Numbered from the stretch's first letter, positions 1 through 14,296 are shown. The stretch is 64,000 bases of DNA from Tubulanus polymorphus (GCF_964204645.1 NC_134034.1:3241814-3305813); one strand, 5' to 3'. The notes: generated by a model not told the origin, from the letters alone. Numbers and translations are program-made.

Positions 1-105
1 CGTACCGCTAACCACTGACTTAAAAAATAAAACACGGGATTATTTATTTCTTGACATGGAACAACATGTTCACTGCTGACTCAGAGACATCTCATGGTTA
101 CAGTT

Positions 106-968
106 CTATCATCAAAGCCACTATGAGATATCTTGTGGTTCCAGTTCAGCCATCATTGCCACTATGAGATATCTCGTATTTACAATTCAGCCATCATTGC
201 CACTATGAGATATCTTGTAGTTCCAGTTCAGCCATCATTGCCACTATGAGATATCTCGTAGTTACAATTCAGCCATCATTGCCACTATGAGATATCTTAT
301 GATTCCAGTTCAGCCATCATTGCCACTATGAGATATCTTATGATTCCAGTTCAGCCATCATTGCCACTATGAGATATCTTATGATTCCAGTTCAGCCATC
401 ATTGCCACTATGAGATATCTTATGATTCCAGTTCAGCCATCATTGCCACTATGAGATATCTCGTAGTTACAATTCAGCCATCATTGCCACTAGTATATCT
501 TGTAATTCCAGTTCAGCCATCATTGCCACTATGAGATATCTTGTAATGCCAGTTCAGCCATCATTGCCACTATGAGATATCTTATGATTCCAGTTCAGCC
601 ATCATTGCCACTATGAGATATCTTATGATTCCAGTTCAGCCATCATTGCCACTATGAGATATCTCGTAGTTACAATTCAGCCATCATTGCCACTAGTATA
701 TCTTGTAATTCCAGTTCAGCCATCATTGCCACTATGAGATATCTTGTAATGCCAGTTCAGCCATCATTGCCACTATGATATATCTCGTAGTTCCAATTCA
801 GCCATCATTGCCACTATGATATATCTCGTAGTTCCAATTCAGCCATCATTGCCACTATGAGATATCTCGTAGTTACAATTCAGCCAACATTGCCACTATG
901 AGATATCTTGTAGTTCCAGTTCAGGCATCATTGCCACTATGAGATATCCCATAGTTACAAATCAGCCA
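106..968. repeat. 41-bp tandem minisatellite (~21 copies)
   Basis: Unit CAGCCATCATTGCCACTATGAGATATCTTATGATTCCAGTT recurs with period 41 (e.g. 311, 352); a few shortened variants. Confidence 0.95.
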
Positions 969-1934
969 ATGACCCTCAGTTGTATGGGCTTCCGCTATCA
1001 TTCTTCATACTAGCTGAGATCAGAGCGTGGGACACTTCATAGCATTTATGGGAATAGAATGGGGATGTGAGGATATACCAGGAGTCGCTGTAGCCACCAT
1101 GCTTCAATTTCTTCAATAGCCTTACAATGAGACAATGCTATACAATCGCAATCAAGGCTCATTGCACCAAAAGTGAGCAGCCATCAGGAGTCACTAGTAT
1201 GCAGTAGCTGCGGCAATAGAGGATTCGACTTGCTGCAAGTGAGGATCCACCAGGTGTCGCTAGCGTGCAGTAGGGCACCACTACGGAAACATAGGATCCA
1301 CGAAGTGTCGCCACTAGTAGTAACTCTGTTTTCGGCACTTCAATTTCATAAGTATTCCAAATCTAAAATCGATTTAACTTTTATCAATTCACAAAACAGT
1401 GTCACAAATCTATTGTCCATAGATGTGAAAACCAAACAGCGAAAAATAGAAAGGTGAATCTTATATTTATATTAAAAAATCCAGTTGAAATTGAAATGAC
1501 CCTGGATTAGGATTAGGATTTTATTTACACTCCAACCATTTCTATGGTACATGGAGGGAGACTAATACAAAGTATACAATATTTGAAATTAACAGAAAGT
1601 ATGACCTACTGTTAGTCATGCCATCTGGTGGCATAGCCGGTACCTCAATCAAGACTATATTCGGGACATAAATGACATACATCTTCACGAAACAGTGTCA
1701 CAGATGTGTGGTTTGTCTCTAATCCCTGATACGTATGTTTTCAAGCGAGTGGCGAGGTTTTAGTATCACTAACAATAATACACATCAGTACATGACTGGA
1801 CTATACGCCAACACGTTACCATGGTAACAATCCAGCCGCCGCGACAGTCTAGACGATTGTGACGCTGCGCGTTCGTAAAAATATGCACTACCCGGTTCGG
1901 GTACCTGGGAATACACCGGGGCCGGCTCTTCTCT

Positions 1935-2500
1935 CTACCGCTAATTCTATATCAAATTATTTCCATGAAAAAAATGTCATTCGGATATTCTGGCTGGGCC
2001 CAGTGCAGTCGACTAATTCATAGTGAATGAATAGTTTGTGCAAGACTGGTTCTTCAGAGTGCGAGTGATCAGTAGGCCTACAGACTACATCACAATTTCG
2101 ATCACTGACGGAATTCGTAGATAGTCCGATGAATGACTAAACCCACAGTCTTATTGACTAAACCGAGCCGAACCGCTGAATCTGAACTAAACCTAGTCCG
2201 GATACAGACTAAACAAACTGTAGTCCAGCACTGACTGAACGAGTGCAGGACTCCAGTTACACACTGAACCACAGGGCTTTGTTTACTGACTAAACCACCG
2301 TCCAGCTTACTGACTAAACTGCAGTCAGTTTACTGACTGACTGAACACAGTTTGGGTAGAGACTAAACTGCAATTTCGTACTGACTTAATCACAGGATTT
2401 CAGTTAGCCTACCGACTAAAGTTACTGCAGCCTAGTACTGACTAGTACAGGACTCTGACTAAGCCGCAGTACCATTACTGACTTAACTGCTGATAATTCC
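1935..2500 (+). repeat. 5'-truncated copy of the SINE-like repeat at 4202-5192, with a GACTAAAC-rich tail
   Basis: 1935-2260 aligns with 4327-4539 + 5072-5192 and lacks the MITE. Confidence 0.7.
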
Positions 2501-2826
2501 TCGAGTCTACAGTCATCTAAATTGCACACGTAGCCTACAATGAAGGTAAACCTTATCGTTTAAAACTTCAGTGCTATTACTGATTGAACTACTGATAATT
2601 CCTAGACCTGGACCTTATTTTTTATAACTTTACAAGTCCATAATTTACTAGCTGGGAATAATGGTTTTTACTAATTGCCTATTACGAAGACTTAAGCCAG
2701 GTGCTACAATCACAATGTGTAGACACTTCACAAATCATACCTGCATGAGACCACACTTTGAAAATGAGCCTGACCACAATAGAAATAACTAGAGAATTTT
2801 CAGATCAGACCGAGATCCTGAAATTC

Positions 2827-2995
2827 CAGGGCTGGGTTTCATAGATGTGGAAGAAAAATAGTCCCTGGGAACATTTTGAAATTCGTCAGTTATAACCATG
2901 GTTTCTAATTGTTACTATGATGGTCGTCATCCAGATTGAGGATTAACTAACCCCTAGGGATAACTTCGATACTCAGTCTATGAAACCGGGCCCTG
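2827..2995. mobile_element. Short MITE with GGGC(T/C)(G/C)GGTTTCATAGA-type inverted termini
   Basis: CAGGGCTGGGTTTCATAGA ... TCTATGAAACCGGGCCCTG. Confidence 0.6.
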
Positions 2996-4201
2996 GAGTT
3001 TAAAAACCCCTGAATTTCCAGGAATTCCAGGTTGTGGAATTGATTTTGCTCGATTCGCTCAATTACCAAGAAATCCAGGCATTCCAGGACGTGTACGAAC
3101 CCCGAACAGTTTTAAAAACCAACAGTAGACTCTGCATACTTCGGGATACTCGGGACCACCTAAAGGATTTCCGAGCAATGTTAAAAAATTGTCTATTTTT
3201 TCAATGGTAGGAAAGTATCCTGTAAGCCAAAAAAAAAACTTTAAACAAAAATCTTAAATGAATAAACCATTTTCAAAAATATATTTTCTTGTGTACGTCA
3301 TGTGTCTTTTAGGCAAAAAAATATATTCTGTTTCTGGTCAGGCCTCTTTCTGCACAAAATGATGCAGTTTTTTTTAATGTTCCTACGTTGGAATATCGAG
3401 TGTGGTGGATTAGTCGACTGGAAAAAGTCCGAACGGATGTATAGTAGCCGGCCCTTTCAAAATCGATATCGATATCATCTAGTTAGTTACCTAATCGTTG
3501 ATGGTAAGCCCTTTATGACCGGATGGGCTTATACCAATGTGGTTAATATAACATAATATGTGGCTTGTGAAAATATCCGATCGTGAAACTAAACCACAGA
3601 CAGGTTACTGGCTAGTTATCGACATGCTTTTCGTTTTCATTCACAATCAGACAATAGCAATGAATAGATGGACTAAACTTCCAGTTTGACTAGATGACGC
3701 GGTGCGAAAATTTCGAAGCCGATTTTTGTTTCCGAAAAAAAATTTCGAAGCGGGGGTTCAAGATCGACGCGCCTGCTGACCAGAAACAGAATACATTTTT
3801 TGTTTGGCCGTAAGTAAGATTTTAATTTGTCGCGCGTGTACAGACCTACACAGCCAAACTGATTTGATCCCTCGACATGTCCTCCATTTCTGTTACCATA
3901 ACAAAAGCCGGAAAATGAGGTTGTTCAGAATTTCTGATGGATGCGATATTTTTGTCATATTCTTTTCGATATTTAACTGAATAAACGGCAAAGTATTTAC
4001 TTCCGCTATTTTATTGTACATCATTACTATATATATTATAGTATTAACTAATAAAAAGTAACAATAAAATCATTTATTGGCTTAAGTGTTCCGATGGGTT
4101 AAGGGTCTAAAAGACCCAGAGGGTTTGGGTTAGGGTCCGTTTTACCCCTAGGGATAGGATTAGGTTAAGGAGAGGTACTATATCTAGTTAAAACAGTTTC
4201 A

Positions 4202-5192
4202 GCGAGCTCCGTGGTCTAGTGGGACGACACTGCGCTAGTAATTTACTGGCCCGGGTTCGAGTCTCGCTCTATCCGCTCTATTTTTCTCTAACTCTGTTCT
4301 CCAAACTATCCTTGAATTTTCTAATTCTACCGCTAATTCTATATCAAATTATTTCCGTGGTGAAAACAAATGTCATTCGGATATTCTGGCTGGGTCCAGT
4401 GCAGTTGACTAACTCATAGTGAATGAATAGTTTGTGCAAGACTGGTTCTTCAGAGTGCGAGTGATCAATAGGCCTACAGACTACATCACTGCCGGAAGTC
4501 ATAGTTAGTCCAATGAATGACTATAAACCCACAGTCTTAGGGGCCGTGCATAAAGTACGTACGTCCGTAGGGGGGGTGGGGGGTTCTTAAAATCCGTACA
4601 AAAGCGTACAGGGGGAGGGGAGGGGTCAGCTAAAAACGTACATACTTTCCAAGGGGGGAGGGTTAATATTAATAGTACGTACTTTGTGCACGAAACATAT
4701 AACTGTGGGTAAACCTGTCTTCCTTTAATGTATAGCAAACACTGCCTTAATTGCGAAACCTGGGTCTCACTGGGTTTGTTGCATTCAATATATTATATTT
4801 GGATCTCGGGAATTCCCCACTTTCAGTCTTTCATTTCGTCGCCATGGAACATTGTTGATCAACATCAGCAGGAACTCAGTTGAACCAGGGTGGATTTTGC
4901 CTTCTTTAAACCATTATTCCTGAAAATTCTGTTTTACTGGGGGGGGGGGGTTACCCCTAAAAGTATGTACGCAAGGGGGGTTATAAAAAAACGTACAATG
5001 AGCGTACAAGGGGGAGGGGGGGTTAAAAATATCCGGAAGTCAAGCGTACGTACTTTATGCACGGCCCCTTATTGAGTTTGACTAAACTGAGCCAAACCGC
5101 TGAATCTGATTACTACTGAACTAAACCGTAGGCTGGGTACAGACTAAACAAACTGTAGTCCAGCACTGACTGAACGAGTGCAGGACTCCAGT
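4202..5192 (+). mobile_element. tRNA-derived SINE-like element interrupted by a MITE
   Basis: Head has Pol III A box (TGGTCTAGTGG) and B box (GGTTCGAGTC); body repeated at 1935-2260. Confidence 0.6.
4540..5068. mobile_element. PIF/Harbinger (Tourist-like) MITE, 529 bp
   Basis: 24-bp TIR GGGGCCGTGCATAAAGTACGTACG, TTA target duplication; empty site visible at ~2145-2160. Confidence 0.9.
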
Positions 5193-7563
5193 TTTATGGA
5201 GCAAAACGATATTCCCAGCTAAGCGCAGTCTACTGTTGTATTTTGACAGCTGTCAAAATGTTGTTTTGACAGTTCGCGAACGAATTGATCCCGCGATCGG
5301 CGCGACGAAGAAAGCCGATTTTAACGACTTAAAACTACATTTCGCCGATTAATATTAGAATAGATTGAAATCGGATCGAATTTTAAACTATTCAACGAAT
5401 AATTCAGGAGAATTTACTCACGTTTCGATGCAGAAATTGCGCGTTAAATCGAGTCGAAAACGACGCCCTTTTCTTGTCTAAATAATCCCCGACGACCGGA
5501 AGCTGCGGGTACCGGCTCCAGTGCGCATGCTCGGCACATAAATATCCGGCGACGTGTAAATAGAAAACTACTTTTAGTGAATCGTCGATTGGGGTATTGA
5601 ACTTAATAATCGTGATTTTCACCGTAAATGATGGACGTAAAAATTGTAAGAGGTACTATTTTTAATAGGTTGATTACTTGTCTTTCCGCCTGGTTAGACT
5701 GGTTACCGGTCCAATTCTGCGCCACCTGCTTGCGCAGTCCATCCTCGCTTGCCAGGGGTCCGGTTTCGCTCGCTTAGACCAACAGCTTGAGTTCCAACCC
5801 CTTGTGAAGCTGGCGCAGTCAAACACATATTTGTTAGGATCTTCAAGTATTGCATTTTGTCACAGTGACAAAGGATGATACTGACCCCCAGGAAAAATGA
5901 TGTAATAAATGACGATTTATGCGTGTCACTCCAGGCATGCGGCCGCAATTTTCGATTCAGGCCGCCGGTCATTTTTGTTGGCACAAATAGTCGTTTTGTT
6001 TATCCAGAAATCAGAGGACGAAAATTGGAAGCCCGGGTCCAGAGAAAGGGCATTCTCGGATAAAGCAGCCACGTCAAAGAACTTTAGTGGAACCCCGCTC
6101 AATCTAAGAAGAGTTTGCGAAGAACCAATGCAATTTCCGAGAGGACAAGTGTGAAATTGAAAGGTTTTAATGATCTGTCTCTATCAAAATGGCAACCTTA
6201 ATGGGAAGCCAGAGGTCCGGACGTCGAGACCATCCCTTAAATCCGGCCTGGAAATGCCCATCCAGGTTTTTTGCGGTTCATAGACCCAAGTTATTCCATA
6301 CAAAAATACCACAAATCAATACAACCTAATTGAAAATCGTTCATCGCACCGATTGAATTCCACAAATGATGGGGTTTCGGCAATGAAACATGACAAATTG
6401 CGGATAGAAAACGAGCTGAACACCTATAGGCCATTACCGGGCCTTCTTTACGTCAGTTGGCGACGATGATGACCTTTTCCAACACTCTTATTCGCGTGAA
6501 GGCTCATGTTCACCGCGTCGGTGTCGCTGTATTTATTTTTCCAATTCCTTGTAATTATTCTTTTACAGGAAAAATACAAAATTTTGCAAGATCCTTTTTT
6601 TCATATCAAGTTAAAATCAATACGCAGAATCAGTTATTGATCCCATCAGAATAAAATATCATACACTTTTAACATGGTATATGTATAACTTAAGTTCACG
6701 GTATATGGCACAAAAACGATCAACGCATTCGAACTGATACTGTTCTTGAATTCTATTTTCACCCCTGCAATATTAGCCAAGGAATCTTTAATCGGTTTTA
6801 TAGACATTCTCACAAGTATTTCGTGATTTCACCAGTGGAAGTATCATGCGCCATTTCACACAAGTGATGTTGCGCTGACCATTACATGGGCCATTTACAT
6901 TTCAATACATTTTAATACATGCAAAAACATTTTGATATATATAATTTGTTCATTGTGCAGTTTGGATATATTATGATATGATTTCGTTACATAATTTGAT
7001 GATGCATTACTAAGTCGATCCAACCGGCCAATTTTGGGCTATAAGAGCAGATTAAATATTCATAACTTCTGTTTAGACTCATTTATGGCGCATCGCATTT
7101 GTTTGGATAATGTAGTTAGCCAAAAGTTTATATTGTTTTTTTCGATTTTGAATAAACCAGTTTGAGTGGTAAACAGTAGCGTATTCCTCAGTTCTGCGTA
7201 TCCGTCACAAGATGTTAAAAAGTGACGTTTGTCTTCGACAACGTTTTCATCGCATTGTCTGCCGAATCTCCGTTCAGGAGGTATTCCTTTAAAACGACCG
7301 GTCTCTACTTCTAGCGGAAATGTACCGTTTCTAATCAGAGCGATTATACGGACCGTTGACCGCGTGTCATTTTGGCGGTGACGTAGTTTTCGGGTAAGAA
7401 TTCGCTCTTAACAGTTATGTAAAATGGTAATTTAGGGAGCTCGTTTATTTGTTTGAGCCACGTTTGTGCACGATTCCGTTAATACGAGCTAAACAAAGTC
7501 TGATAATGTTTTCACGGTTTCATCAGTGTTGTTACCCGCAAACACCATGTATCGTGGTTATAA

Positions 7564-8622
7564 TCACAACGCTTTCTGCAGTCTTGAACGACGACATCCA
7601 AAACCTTTGAATATTCGTATCGCTTCAGCCCTGAATCTGTCGTTGGTCCCGCAATATACGAAATAATTGACGCTCGAATCTAACGGACTCAACACATCGG
7701 ACCCTATAGGTGATAGACGCATAATCGTGTTATAAACTGAATCACTCGGCCGCGGCATGCCTAAGTCAATTAGCATAGCTGTATAAACCCAAAGCGAAGA
7801 AGGAAACTCTAAGATGATGAATAAAATGACAATAGCGAGCGTCATTTTAGAAGCTTTTCGATCGAGGTTGCTGAACTTTGAATCTTGGGTGCCGAGATTT
7901 TGTCTATTTTTACCAATTCTTTTCAGCAAAACTATAAGAACGACATTTAGGATTATAAGCAATAACATCGGTATCAGACTCGAGAAAAATGTCGTCAAAA
8001 TCTGTTCACCCCAATATTGAAGACCTAGGTGAATACGCTTTAATTTTCTTCGGGCCAGTATCGGAACGTAAATTCCTGTACATACGTCCAACCAATAGAA
8101 TAGATGGCTTATATTTACGAAATAAAAAAGACCGAAACAAGCGAAGAAAACGTATTGCAAGCACACAGATATTAATAAGCGTCGTTTGGTGATGTGAGAA
8201 TGCGCAAACAGCGGGAAACCGAGACTTGTTACTCGTTCAGCGGCTATCAGAACCGTTATCCAGTTCCTCGTCAACTTCGTCGAACGGTTGAAGATAAACA
8301 TACCGAAATACATCCAATAAAACCCCATAAATCTGCCATCGTGATAATAGCGTTGAAGCGAAACCCCGTAAACCGCTATATTCAGCAACGGACGAAGGAC
8401 GTCCCGAAAGAATTTGACAGCGAGAAATGATATATCAGCGACGGCCAAAGCCCTGAGCAGAAACAGCGACCTGTGCTGCGACGACTGTCGTTTTAGGATC
8501 ACGATGCTGAGACTGTTGAAGAAGATACCGAACGTTATCAATACGGGCAGAACTGTGACTCGCTGTATGAAATCATCGGATATTTCAAGTTTTTTATCGC
8601 ACTTTGATTCATTTTTCGACAT
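7564..8622 (-). CDS. Intronless class-A GPCR (peptide/FMRFamide-receptor-like expansion), paralog 1
   Basis: 352-aa ORF, 7 hydrophobic segments, GxxxN, LAVAD, AERV (DRY position), EFP in TM6, DSSVNYFVY (NPxxY position). Confidence 0.9.
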   Translation of the reverse strand: MSKNESKCDKKLEISDDFIQRVTVLPVLITFGIFFNSLSIVILKRQSSQHRSLFLLRALAVADISFLAVKFFRDVLRPLLNIAVYGVSLQRYYHDGRFMGFYWMYFGMFIFNRSTKLTRNWITVLIAAERVTSLGFPLFAHSHITKRRLLISVCLQYVFFACFGLFYFVNISHLFYWLDVCTGIYVPILARRKLKRIHLGLQYWGEQILTTFFSSLIPMLLLIILNVVLIVLLKRIGKNRQNLGTQDSKFSNLDRKASKMTLAIVILFIILEFPSSLWVYTAMLIDLGMPRPSDSVYNTIMRLSPIGSDVLSPLDSSVNYFVYCGTNDRFRAEAIRIFKGFGCRRSRLQKAL

Positions 8623-10151
8623 CGCGCGTTTTGCCGCATTAGAAAATATCCATTAACGTCACGAATGATACGTATATATTGGAGAATCAGCGACGCGGTT
8701 AGTCTCACTACCAGACGATATGGGTTTCGATACAACGGTGACTACAGCAAGTAGATCGAGGGATTTTTCAAAATTCCGAAAAAGCCTGGGTGTTGTATCC
8801 GAGTATATCTGTGTCACTGGAGATGCTGGCACCGGTTCGGCGCAAACAAAAATAAATGTAGACTCTCGTATTCTGGGAGAGTAACAGTCGTGTGGTTCTG
8901 AGCCTTCCGTTTTTATTGAACTTGGATATGAAATTTGAAATTTTACGATCAACTTTTCAAATCCATCTTTCTCGGAAGGGGCGTTGCCTCTGGTTACGTG
9001 AGCGGCCGATTCTGTGGTATGAGTTGTGGCTCAGACACACCGGGCGGTTTAGTCGGCCGACTCATCGCCCGACTCATCGCCCGACTCATCGCCCAGGGTG
9101 CCCCCGCTTTAGAGCCAGTATAGGTCTGGATTTGTTTGGAATTTCCCAATTTCCATGAAAGTGTAGTAAAACGCGGGATTATTGTTCAACACCTGATCTG
9201 GGGGATGCAGTCCCATAGGCAGGATTTAGAAAGTGTGATGGTTATTTCACATAAAACGGCACCTGATATCGAATAACATCACACTGTCTAGGAATTTCGT
9301 CCAACGAGCTGCGAAGCGACAGAGTCCCAGCGGCGTCAATAAACTCGAAAATGGCACCCATAGACCGAATACTCGCAGTAGGAATGGGGCCCTAATGGAG
9401 CATTTGGTGGTCTACAGATTGCTTTGGTATTGGCAGCCATCATTATATCTTAGCTTGATGTAATTGTTCCTATATTTAATAGCCAATCCAAAAAATAGTG
9501 TCCATAAAACCTCGCGTCGATGCAAGTGCATTTTTTGTTAAAAGGGTTCCTCTTACACATAAAATAGCTGCCACGTTAAAGGGCCCTTTTCGTGGAAGGT
9601 GTACCCGAGATAAAGAAGTGCCCTTTTTGTCTAAGGTATACTAATGTTCATGTTCGGCACAGGCTTTTTATCATCTTAGCTCATTTTCTTCAAGTCATTA
9701 GGAAGGGCACGTCAACCGATAAGGTTCTAAGTCCTGAACGCCACGGGTCATGCATGATTCTGCTGTCATTGTGATGTCGGTATCCAGAACGAACCAAACT
9801 TAGGCAAATATTGTAGTAATCCAACTTTTTCAGATGTATTACAATTAGATATTCTACAATTTACGATGGATTCTTGTTCGCGCATACATATTTATATGCA
9901 ATTTAGTCCCAAGCTTAAAATCAATATGTTACTGAGAATAAACCCGTTTTCATTGGTTTTTGTGACCTGTGTCAGAATACTAAGAATGGATTTTTCATTT
10001 GATGCCAGCTAATGAATTGCAAACTTCCATGGAAATTCTTAATGATTAATAAGGGTATCAATTTCACAACATAGACCTGAATGATGCGAGATCAGTACCG
10101 TACATTCACAGACAAGTGTAGCCGACATTCTCGCTTGATATTCACGGAGAG

Positions 10152-11102
10152 ATGAATTTTTCCCAGATGAAAATTGGCCGAACTTATTGCAGTTACATTA
10201 CTTTAATGGGTTTGGCAAATAAGCCTGAAAGCTACCGTACGTTGTCGTTGGTTATTCTGATTATTTTGTTCCTGCTAGGAGCTTTCGGAAATTCAGCTCC
10301 CTTCGTCATAATGATAAGTCGCAGATTCCGCAGTTTATCTTACGCCAACTATCTGATCGTTTTGTCAGTCTGCGATTCCGTGTACTGCGCTAGTATAACT
10401 TTTATGCCTGTTTTACAGTTTGTTCTCTTACGCGTGGAAACGGGTCCGATATTCGTGATGAAATCACTGGTCAGTTGTAAAATCTATGAATTTCTTATGG
10501 AGCTCGTAGCCTGCAATAGTTCGTGGCTAATAGTTGCTATAACTCTTGAACGTGCGGCAGTTGTGCTCTTCCCGTTCACATCTCGTTTGATATGTACACC
10601 GAGATTCGCTAGAACTGTTATAATGATAATTACTGCAGTGAACGTACTGATTCTATGTCTTCTACCAACTTAGTCGATACATTTTTCCGACCCGCTTTTT
10701 GGATGTTACCATGAATTAGCTGACCAGATAACTTTTTTTACCGTAAAAGTCATCCACCTTTACATCATACCGTTAGCCCTGATTATAGTATCGAATCATG
10801 TTATAATAGTTCAGTTGTTCAGAGGGTCAAAAATGGTTTCGTCCGATAAAAAAACTACAAATTCAAAACGTACAACAATAATGCTTGTAACAGTTTCAAT
10901 TGCATTTGCAATATTTACACTTCCTAACACTATTACTGTATATTTACCAATCTCAGCAGGACAGAAAGATTTTCTACTAGACATTTTCACCCAGTTCCAC
11001 GCTTGTAACTACGTGGTCAACTTTTACATATATCTTTTACTAGGACGAGAAATTCGCGAATATTTCTGTACACAGATATGCACTAGAAATCCAGTCAAAT
11101 AA
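10152..11102 (+). pseudogene. Intronless class-A GPCR with one in-frame TAG (10671-10673)
   Basis: ORFs 10152-10673 and 10815-11102 are in the same frame with an open intervening region; GN, LSVCD, CKIY, TLERA, NYVVNFYIY motifs. Confidence 0.85.
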
Positions 11103-12806
11103 CAATTGATTTTAAGTTTGATTCAATCTTACAACTCAACTCATATTCACTGTGGATCGGTTACGGGGACATTTCACGAAAAGTCGAACTGGTATTTATG
11201 CGTTCCTATACATTCGAGCTGCTAGCTACGGCAAGTATTTCTGATTGGCACCAAATAAGAACGCATAAAAGGTATGTTTGTACTATTTAGTGTTGGGTGG
11301 GTACGCCGATCAACAACCTAAGCCAAATTAGAAAAAAAAGAAATAATATTGATTCGTTTTATTCCAAATGATGCCAATCAGATGTAATTGCCGTAGCTAG
11401 CTGTTTCAAGTCGAAGGTAGGACAATTTAGCAGTAAGTTTTAGCATGGACACTAAAAAACTAACAAATTGAAGTCGTCGCAAGTAAGTGATTCCATGTAC
11501 ATGTACAAGGCTAAAAACAATTGATACCTTAGTTTCCAATTTCAGCTAAGCTTTAAAGGTGACCCGTCCGGCCGCCTATCCTTTACATTACCTTTGTTTC
11601 TTTCAATTGTTTTTAGCCTTAAATGATGGTGTTCTTGATTTAAAAAAGACATTGTCCCTGTTTAGTGTTTCCTTAACAGGTTTGGTAGAGCTGGTTTGTT
11701 TTTTTTTGTTTGGATTTTGTTTCAGAAACAAATCCACCACGATGTCTTAGTGTATTCGTTCATTGTAAGTTTGTTCATTGTAAGAATTGTGTAATAAAAG
11801 CTTTTGACCGCGTACAATGTAGCATTGGAAGATTGAATTAGCTTGGAGTTGACATTCGCCTTTACACAAATTCTCTTCATTTCAAAAACCGTTTATCGAT
11901 GCTCATTTTCCATAGTCTATATTGTTGCTTTTTGGAAATAAAGTTTCAAGGGTCGGTTTATAGACTAGTATCAACTTTAAACCGGGGCTAACGCAATTCA
12001 TCTTCGACCGAGTTAACCCCGGGTTATAATCAATACCAGTCTATAATAAAACTGGGTCCAGCGGTTTGCCTTGAACCCGTTTCAATTTTGTAAACCTTCA
12101 TATAAGTATTCTATGCTGATATGTTGTAACAGCACGTAAATTCACGAGACCATGTGCACTATAGGTGAATGCCCATTTGCAGTGAAGTTAGGAATGGTCG
12201 TCTTAATCTTGATCGAGACCCGGGATCATTTTTCGCCTTCTTCTTCGCTATACGTAGAAAAAGACAATCGTGTTTCTCGTGTAATGGCGAACCTCTAACC
12301 TCATGTGACAATGGCAATCGAGGATTCCACTTACGGCAAGCGAGGATCTGCCAGGTTCGCTAGAAGTTACTCGGTCTTCCACATTCAATTTCTTCTACAT
12401 TTCAGCTAAAACTGAATAAACGTTTTTTTTTTTTCATAGACAAATAAATCAATTATTGATGAAAACTACACCAATCACTGGCTAGTATAACTAGTTCAAT
12501 GTGTATTTGATGGGTCCTTTGATAATATATGGATTCGTATCCGTAGACATTTATTTTTAAAATTCATTCGAACGAATTTTGACAACGTATGAAAACTCTT
12601 GCTGGTCACGCCATCTTGCGGGATAGCAGGTTTTATGATTCCTCATTGCCACGTGAATGCCTTTTTGTATCGTAATTTCTACCGAAGAAATAAACCAACA
12701 ATCAATACATAAAAATACCAATTATACTGTGTAACTGAATCTGAATGAACAGATCTTTTTAATTATTTTCACGTAAGCTTATAAGCTTTGTTGTTTTAAT
12801 TCGTAA

Positions 12807-14296
12807 CTAATTAGGACAGTGAACGCAGTATTTATGGAAACATTCGTTATAGCAGTCTAAGTAGCTGAATACTTTTTTGACACATCCTGCGCCGCAGTGC
12901 ATTGAACACATTGAGCAGATTTTTTCACTCAGAAAAGACAAAAAACCACCATTAGCAACGCCAACGCCCTGTGCGACCATTATCAGAACTAAAATCAACA
13001 AACACTGAAAAGAAAAAAGTTTCGATACTTGTTTCAATTCCTTCTGATGCCGTGAAAACTGTTACAATAATGTTAATATAGAAAATTGATACCTACGTAT
13101 AGTATGCGGTATAAATGAGGGGTTCTCAGTGGGAGTCGATGCGCACTGTCATCAATAAATATCGAGAGTAGAGGCGATTTTCTTTTTCGCAAGAGGGGTC
13201 TGACTATATTTCGCCTGGCTTGAGAGCTTACAGCATCGCTGTATTAGTGTGGTGGGCCTGTATCCGTGTAAACCTATCGAATAGCAAACCTCCCCATCAA
13301 ATCCGGCTATCAAAGGTCAACCTAGCGCTTTTGTTAACCGATCAAAATGGCCAATACTTACACGGAAAAGATCTTTTCGAAGAGTCAGTGAATATAGACA
13401 TTTTTACATTAGAAATAAATTTTTAGGGAACATTGCCCAACTTGAGAAAAAAAGAAAATAATCTTATTTCCAAACATTCTTATGCATCATAGGTGTTTCT
13501 CTTTGATAAAACGAACACAACTTAAGATGTCATTGAAATCTTTTATTTTCAATCACCAACAGTTTGGATCAAGGAAAAAGATATTCTTTTGCATTTCAAG
13601 CAGGATCCGAGCAACGCGCCGTGGTGATCGCGATCAACGTGATACGACTATTTCTTAAATCCTCCAAAATATACGAGTTAGAAGATTACTCTGACTTAAT
13701 ATGACGTACACGGCATAAAAAGGAAATACGAATTATGAAATTTTGCATTGAGCTTGGATGGGGAAACGTTCATTTAAGATCCGTCCTCGCGAGTCCCCAT
13801 ATTCCTAAAAACGTTGAAACTCTGATCACGAATTGAAATATACGTCAGATATTGACATCATGAAATCAAGACATGTGGACGTAAAATAGTAGAAAATAAA
13901 TTGTTACCGGGCGGGTATTTGACGCGAATTTGTTTTTAGGTAGACAGGCGCGGTACTACGAGTAAGATGGTGGAAAATCTCTTGTGCAAAAAACTTGCAG
14001 GTTAGGCTGGTTGCCGATCAATTCAATTAAATCATCGATATATTCAAATCCAAAATCACTTACTTATTGATACTTATTGTTATATGATTTATATCATCAA
14101 TTATAGACGATATTAAGCAAAATATGCGTTTTTTTTCCAACGCATCAATAAACTTTTAAGTTAGGTTTCTCGTTCGTTACGTGAACGATCGTTTGAATCG
14201 AGTTGTTGAGATGTTACTATTTCTAAGTATTTTACTACGATTCCAAAAAATTAATGACTTCATATACGAATCAGAAAAAATTACCTGTGATGACAT
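12807..14296 (-). CDS. Small secreted cysteine-rich peptide precursor (82 aa; exons 14296-14285, 13043-12807)
   Basis: ATG TCA TCA CAG|gtaatt joins ...catcag|AAG GAA in phase 0; hydrophobic signal segment ending VANG; mature part GFLSFLSEKICSMCSMHCGAGCVKKVFSYLDCYNECFHKYCVHCPN has 8 Cys. Confidence 0.75.

Noticed and set aside
106-968. CRISPR-like array
   Set aside because: Contiguous 41-bp units with no unique spacers, no cas genes, eukaryotic context
4202-4270. Functional tRNA gene
   Set aside because: Has A/B boxes but no convincing cloverleaf; continues into a repeated body, so SINE head
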